Shown here in pieces: positions 57,335 through 64,000 of a stretch of 64,000 bases of DNA; position 1 is the stretch's first letter, and each line of letters begins with the position of its first letter. The translations under genes were made by a program, and so were the position numbers. Source of the stretch: Malacoraja senta (Eukaryota). The notes beneath the pieces are model-generated. The model was not told where the DNA came from, searched no databases, and saw only the letters and a program-made list of their open reading frames with translations. The DNA lies in NCBI GenBank assembly GCA_038087875.1, contig JAXLNO010000539.1, positions 62,001-126,000 of the forward strand, given 5' to 3'.

Positions 57335-58000
57335 GCGCTGGAGTAACTCAGCGGTGGTAGACAAAAATGCTGGAGAAACTCAGCGGGTGAGGCAGCATCT
57401 ATGGAGAAAAGGAAATAGGCAACGTTTCGGATCGAGACCCTTATTCAGACCAAAGATGCTATAGCGGAGCAAGATAGACCACTCCTGCTAAATGCAATGG
57501 GCTGAGGTGTAGTACGCAACGGAGCGGAACGTGGGCCTTTTTTTCATCCATTTCAGTAACCCGACCCGACCTGACTCTCAGTGTAATCAACGTTGCAGGG
57601 GGAACAGTTTGTGTTAATAAATTATAATTCTGAAAATGAGGAGAAGATTTTTACCAAAGAACTTTTATTTTTACGAGGATGTTTCCGTAACCGGCTTCCG
57701 TCTCCGCACTAGTATCTTTGCTCCGCTATGGGATCTTTGGTGCGGAGACGGAAGCCGGTTACGGAAATGGGGCCGAAAATTACCCTTGAATCTGCCCATG
57801 ACCGTACTACGTCTTTTTTGTCGAGTGGTCTATTTTGCTCGCTATAAGATCTTTGCTTCAGACTGATGTGAGAGTGAAGGGGGCGGGAAGAAGAAAGGAA
57901 GAGGCGGAGACAGTGGGCTGAGGGAGAGCTGGGAAGGGGAGGAGAAAGCAGGGACTACCTGAAATTGGAGAAGTCAATGTTCATACCGCTGGGGATTAAC
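57335..58000 (-). mobile_element. Penelope-like 3' tail split by a MITE inside its hammerhead motif
   Basis: aacgtttcggatcgagacccttattcagac | MITE | cttcagactgatgtgag, matching the uninterrupted copy at 9700-9860. Confidence 0.8.
57451..57855. mobile_element. CAAAG...CTTTG MITE, ~35-bp imperfect TIRs, 8-bp TSD, internal 28-bp palindrome
   Basis: TIR caaagatgctatagcggagcaagatagaccactc vs gagtggtctattttgctcgctataagatctttg; TSD aTTCAGAC / cTTCAGAC. Confidence 0.85.
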
Positions 58001-58581
58001 TCAGCGGTTAACTTTGTGTCTGGAGTTTATTGTATTCATGCAGTCAGATATCCAGACAAGAATAGACACATGTGAATAGGGATAAAGAACGAAAATGCAG
58101 TAAAGAATAACTTATTTGGGGACTTTTTCTGGATTCATAGCCTCTGGGCTGAAATATAATCCATTTCATTGTGTAAAGTGGGTGTTGGCTCAAAGGCAAT
58201 ACCACCACCAACTATGAAAAACATAGGTTGCTATTGAGCAACTGTGCAGACATGTATAAACATCTCTTGTTGATCAAAGATAAACGGAGTAGGAATTTGG
58301 AGATAGGTCTGTGTCAACAAGAGCAACACTGAAAAATAAATGAAACACCTAGAACAAGCAAAATCATGCACAATGGTGAGATCTCCAGTACTGTGATCAA
58401 TTTACCTCTCCCCATGTGTAGTCATATTTATTCACTTGAGTAGCATGGCATGCAAAGGCCTCCATGTTCAAATTGGATCTCCTGACGGTTTTGCCTTATT
58501 GGGACATGATAAATGACCCAAAACATTATCTGGAGACTCCTAGAAAATGGGTGACATTAAAAAAGACCCCATCTCTCAGTT

Positions 58582-58868
58582 TGAATGAGGCCCAGCGCAA
58601 ATTGGAGGAACAGCACCTCATATTTCACTTGGGTAGATTACACCCCAGCGGTGTGAACACTGACTTCTCCAATTTCAGGTAGTCCTTGCTTTCTCCCTGC
58701 TTCCCCTCCTCTTCCCGGCTATCCCACAGCCTACTGTCGCCGCCTCTTCCTTTCTTTTTCCCTACCCCCGACATCAGTCTGAAGAAGAGTCTTGACACAA
58801 AACGTCGCCTATTCCTTCTCTCCAGAGATGCTGCCTCACCCGCTGAGTTTCTCCAGCATTTTTGTCTA
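58582..58868 (+). mobile_element. Penelope-like 3' fragment with target duplication
   Basis: EAQRKLEEQHLIFHLGRLHPSGVN; CCATCTCTCAGTT repeated on both sides. Confidence 0.8.
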
Positions 58869-59235
58869 CCATCTCTCAGTTAAATTGCCTTCTGCCTAGA
58901 AAAGCTTAGGACTAAAATGAGAAATCAAGTTACATGTTCACACCCTAAGGGGGTAATAGAACTGTGGAGTAAATTACCAAAGGGCTTTGTTTGAATATAT
59001 TTAGTAGGTTGCCACCATAGACTGCAGAGGAGGCAAGGATGCACCACTGTGCAGGCAGGTAGGACTAGTGTAAATGGCGCACCTTGATCGGTATGGGCAA
59101 GCTGAGCCGAAGGGCTTGTTTCCGTGCAGTATGACTCTAACACACTGTCGTCAGGGATGACACAGAGCTGCAGAAACTATAAACATAGTGACATAGCAAA
59201 ATTAAAATTAGGACAGAAATTAGTTAGGACAGAAA

Positions 59236-59530
59236 GGGCGCAGCAGTAGAGTTGCTGCCTTACAGCGAATGCAGCGCCGGAGACCCAGGTTCGCTCCCGA
59301 CTACAGGTGCTGTGTGTACGGAGTTTGTACGTTCTCCCCGTGACCTGCGTGGGTTTTTCTCCGAGAACTTCAGTTTCCTCCCAAACTCCAAAGACGTACA
59401 GGTAAGTAGGTAAATGTAAAGATTGTCCCTAGTGTGTGTAGGATAGTGTTAGTATGCGGGGGTCGCTGGTGGGCACGGACCCGGTGGGCCGAAGGGCCTA
59501 TTTCCACGCTGTATCTATAAACTAAAGTTT
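59236..59530 (+). mobile_element. V-SINE (HE1-like)
   Basis: Head, V-domain and tail as in the other copies. Confidence 0.88.
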
Positions 59531-60654
59531 AAAATTAGCTTCAAACTTAATGGATAGGATAACAGGATAGTGAATACAATGACAGTTCAAGATTCAAGAT
59601 GCAAGAGAGTTTATTGTCATGCGTCCCAGATAGGACAATGAAATTCTTGCATTGCTGCAGCACAACAGGATATTGTAGTCCACCAGTACTGTATTTTCCA
59701 CCAATCCACCAGCACTGTATTTTCATCAATGCAAAAAGAAAATCGCCAAATATTTATATATTTTTCAGGATCCTGGCATTGCTGGCAAGGCAAACACTTA
59801 TTGCCATCCATAAATGCCTTCTTGACCGCTGTAATCCTTCTGGTGAAGGTTCTCCCACGGTGTTATTTATGAGATTTCTTAGATTTAAAAAGTGATGAGG
59901 GAATGGTGATGTACCTCTAAGTGAGAATGCCTCCATCCACAGAGGGCGGTGGAGGCAGGTTCTCTGGATGCTTTCAAGAGAGCTAGATAGGGCTCTTAAA
60001 AATAGCGGAGAGTCAGGGGATATGGGGAGAAGGCAGGAACGGGGTACTGATTGGGGATGATCAGCCATGATCACATTGAATGGCGGTGCTGGCTCGAAGG
60101 GCCAAATGGCCTACTCCTGCACCTATTGTCTATAATGGTGAGCAATTTGGAATGGCATTGGTGGTGTTCTTATGCCTCTGATAAAGGGAATACATGTTCA
60201 GGCCAGTCAGTGAGGTACTAATCAAGCAAGCTGCTTTGTATTGGATAGTGTCAAGCTTTTTGAGTTTTGGGAGCTGTACTCTTCCAGACAAATGAAGAGT
60301 AGTCCATCACTCTCCTGATTTGTGTTTTGTTGATACTGGAAAGGCTCTGTGGCTCCAGCTGATGAGTCACCCTTTGCAAGATACCCGCCCTGTGACTTGC
60401 CATTATGAGTCCAGGCTTGCTTCTGGTCAATGATGATTGCCCAGATACTCTACTGGACTACAAGTGGCAGCAGGATTTGGTGATGGTAATGCCACTGAAT
60501 GTCAAGGTTAAGTGGTTACACTCTCTTGTTGGAGATGTCTTTGTTTGGCACTTCCCGGGCATAAATCTTACTTGCCACTGATTAGTCAATCACTCAATCT
60601 TTCCCAAGTCTTCTTGCACACAGGCATAGGCTCATTCATGCGCTTAATGCACAG

Positions 60655-61342
60655 TGAAGTTTAGTTTTAGTTTAGAGATACAACCCAGAAACAGGCCCTT
60701 GGGCCCACCGAGTCCATGCTGACCAGCGATCCCAGCACATTAACACTATTCTACACACACTAGGGATAATTTACAATTTCACCAAGCCAATTAACCTACA
60801 AACCTGCACGTCTTTGGAGTGTGGGAGGAAACCAGGGCTCCTTGGGAAAACCCACGCAGGTCACGGGGAGAACGTATTAACTCCCTAATCTTAAAATTCT
60901 TAAGGGGTTGGACAGGCTAGATGCAGGAAGATTGTTCCCGATGTTGGGGAAGTCCAGAACAAGGGGTCACAGTTTTAAGGATAAGGGGGGGAAGTCTTTT
61001 AGGACCGAGATGAGAAAATCATTTTTTACACAGAGAGTGGTGAATCTGTTGAATTCTCTGCCACAGAAGGTAGTTGAGGCCAGTTCATTGGCTATATTTA
61101 AGATTAGATGTGGCCCTGGTGTCTAAAGGGATCAGGGGGTATGGAGAGAAGGCAGGTACAGGATACTGAGTTGGATGATCAGCCATGATCATATTGAATG
61201 GCGGTGCAGGCTCGAAGGGCCGAATGGCCTACTCCTGCACCTATTTTCTATGTTTCTATGTTTCCCTACAGACAGCACCCGTAGTTGAACCGGGGTCTCT
61301 GGCGCTGTGAGGCAGCAGCTCTACTGCTGCGCCACTGTACCG
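60655..61342 (-). mobile_element. V-SINE split by a plus-strand young CR1 3' end (~60888-61262)
   Basis: SINE sequence breaks at aactcccta and resumes at tccctacagacagcaccc; the insert matches 47510-47885. Confidence 0.85.
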
Positions 61343-62154
61343 TGTGTTGAACATGGAATTAAGCATTGTGCTATTATTTGGGAACATCTACACTTTTGAT
61401 CTTGTGAGTGAAGAAATGCCGATGAAGTAGCACCTGGAAATGATGACAACCATTTTTGTGCGAGGCATGATTCCAACCACTGAAGTGGTTTCCCCGTTGA
61501 TGCTCATTGACTTAAGTTTTGTCATCAACATCAGACTCAATCAAGTACAGTCACTCTCAATTCACCCCCGGAATTCAGTCCTTTGGTGTCTGATTAGAGT
61601 AAGATTACGATTGGATCTGGAGCCGAGCGATTCTGGCAAAACCCAAACTGGCATCCATCAGCAGGTTATTACTTAGTGATGCTTGGTCGCACTGCTGATG
61701 ACCTATTCAATTAAGTACCTGTTCACTGATCAGATCAGATTAGATTAGTTTATTCTCATACACAACAGGAAGCAATGAAATTCTTTATTCACATTAAGCT
61801 CAGAGTACACAGCATATATGATGATACATATGGCAATACAATGACAAATGCAAAAAGTTGCAGTGCAATCTGAAACACTGCAAAATAATACTAAAGTGAA
61901 GTAATGGAATAATTTAATGAGGTAGAGTTAAGAGTGAGAGCACCTCTGGAAGTGGGGTGAGATTGAGGTGAGAGGTTCAGGAATTTGATAGCATTGGGGA
62001 AGTCTTAAATCTGAACATCCAAGCTCCTGTGTCTTCTCCCTTAAGGTGGAAGAGGGAAAAGGGAATGGCCAGGGTGGCAGGCATCCTTGACGATAGTTCC
62101 ACCCTTCCTGATGCAGCGCACCATGACGATGGAATCGATGAAAGGAAGTGATGA

Positions 62155-62500
62155 GTCATAAGGTCATAAGTGATAGGAGCAGAATTAGGCCATTCAGCCC
62201 ATCAAGTCTACTCCGCCATTCAATCATGGCTGATCTAGCTCTCCCTCCTAACCCTATTCTCCTGCCTTTTCCCCATAACCCCGACACCCATACGAATCAG
62301 GAATCTACCCAACCCTGCCTTAAAAAATATCCATTGACTTGGCCTCCACAGCCTTCTGTGGCAAAGAATTCCACAGATTCACCACTGTTCGATTAAAGAA
62401 ATTCCTCCTCATCTTAAAAGGAACGTCCTTTAATTCTGAAGCTATGACCTCTGGTTCTAGATTCTCCCACTAGTGGAGATATCCTCCCCACATCCAGTCT
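62155..62500 (-). mobile_element. CR1-clade LINE 3' end
   Basis: Reverse-complement relative of 56838-57130. Confidence 0.75.
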
Positions 62501-62751
62501 GTGATGGACCCGTTCGCCACTCTGCAGGGTCAGGTAGTCAACAGCAGAACAGTTGCCGTATCAGGCTGAAGATGCATCGTGTCAGAATACTTTCTACAGC
62601 AAATCTGCAGAGGTTTGAGAGAATCATTGTGGATGGAACATACTGAACAGTAGCACAGAAACACGGTCTTTGGCCTACATGTCTGAGCTAAACATGATGC
62701 CAAATTAAATTAATCACCTCTGCCACATGACTCTGTTCCCTGCACATCCAT

Positions 62752-63152
62752 GTTCATTCATTCATTATCGTTGAAAACATTAGCGACGCAGTGGTGCTGG
62801 TTTCCAACGGGAACGGTGACGAACGCACCACACTTCTCTGCCCTCCAGTTCCTGCGGACTTCCGCCGCTGGAAGTAGAGGATTTTGGTGTTCGTGTGCTT
62901 TATCATCATTCCTTACAATGCTATGTACGACAGTGATCGCAACTTCTACTGAAGTGTGGATGGCCGTTGGCTCGCTAGAAGCTCATCCGCCCTTTGACAG
63001 GTCTTGTTTTTGGTCCTGCTGGGGGTCCACAGCCCCTTCCTCACCTGGCAAACCAGATGGGGGAGACGGTTTAGTCACCGACTATCTGACCATGAAGCGG
63101 GTAGCATGGGATTACATGGTACCCGTGGCGGGGGAACTCCCCCCGACCTGAC
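62752..63152 (-). mobile_element. Short unclassified retro-like repeat (possibly RTE-derived), ~400 bp
   Basis: Longer copy of 52365-52635; hairpin-rich 5' end and (aatg)n tail on the minus strand. Confidence 0.65.
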
Positions 63153-63790
63153 ATCCATATGCCTATCTTAAAGTTTCTTAAATATCACTATCATGTATGC
63201 TTCCACCATCACCAGTAGCGGCGCATTCTAGGCACCCACCACTCTGAGAAATATGCTTGCCCTGTACATCAAACTTTCCCCCTCTGACCTTAAAGCTATG
63301 CCCTCTAGTCCTTGGCATTTCCACAATGGGAAAAAGGTTCCGACTGAATACCCTATCTATGCCTCATATAATTATCTATTCCATTAAGTCCCCCCCTCAA
63401 CCTTCGATGCTCCAGAGAAAACAACCTAAGTTTGTTGAACCTCTCCTTATAGCTAATGTCATCATTTCAAACCAGCATTCTGGTAAAACTTTCCAAAGCC
63501 TCCACATTCTCCCTGCAATGGGTCAACCAGAAAGGCATAGAATACTCCAAAAGTGGCCTAACCAACGTTTTATAAAGCTGCAATATGACCTCCTTAATTT
63601 AATACTCAATGTCCGATGAAAGCATAACATATATGGCTTTTTTCCAATCCATCTAGTTGTGTCGCCATTTTCAGGGAGCTATGGACATGGACCCCAAGAT
63701 CCCTGTGTACATCAGTGCTTTTTAAGGGTCTTGCCATTAACTGTATACTTTCCCCCTTATATTCAACCTCCCAAAGTGCAACACATCAGA
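63153..63790 (-). mobile_element. Old CR1/HER1-like LINE fragment
   Basis: ttccccctctgaccttaaagctatgccctctagt, aatactccaaaagtggcctaacc and ccccaagatccct are reverse complements of CR1 ORF2 motifs (RPLLEY, RDLGV). Confidence 0.65.
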
Positions 63791-64000
63791 TGCCAAAGTA
63801 AGTCATTCTGCTGATGGGTTTTATTGATCACTGCATCAGTGTGAAGGGAACCAGGTCAGGCTGTTGTTGATATGGATGCCAAAAAACCTGAAGCTGTTAA
63901 ATTACACTGACTGGCCAGTAAGTAGCTAGTTTTGCACTTTTCCTAATTATTTTGGACAGCGCAGACCCAAGCCAAATTTCCACATTATCCCAAACTGCGC

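Noticed and set aside
1..64000. CRISPR arrays, rRNA, telomerase RNA or MALAT1-like triple-helix ends
   Set aside because: No repeat-spacer array, rRNA sequence, template-plus-pseudoknot context or U-rich/A-rich helix with a tRNA-like tail was seen.

Overview
Vertebrate genomic DNA, most likely from a cartilaginous fish (skate/ray-like), inferred from the V-SINE/HE1-like, DeuSINE-like, CR1 and Penelope repeats. The main gene is AHNAK on the minus strand. It has two small PDZ exons (47048-46895, 154 nt; 45829-45639, 191 nt) and one giant exon with 22,257 coding nt (44067-21811), giving a predicted 7,533-aa protein. The giant exon holds two recently homogenised tandem arrays (1539-bp and ~1164-bp units). 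The AHNAK 5'UTR exons and promoter could not be located. A CpG island at ~4.9-5.3 kb carries a 12-nt first coding exon (MFYH + GTGAGT) that matches POLR2G/RPB7, which the ORF track misses; the rest of that gene lies left of the window. The remainder is dense, often nested TE sequence: Rex1/Babar, CR1, L2, Penelope-like elements with minimal hammerhead-ribozyme motifs, SINEs and MITEs. Leading hypotheses: (i) inverted CR1 copies flank the two PDZ exons, which would back-splice into a 345-nt stop-free circle; (ii) a CR1 insertion sits exactly on the predicted branch point of the ATG exon yet re-creates it; (iii) short hammerhead-bearing, often palindromic Penelope derivatives carry their own target duplications; (iv) an unexplained CpG-rich block at ~11.3-12 kb may be a short-isoform exon or a regulatory element. 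TE boundaries are read by eye and are approximate, and family names come from motif recognition, not database searches.
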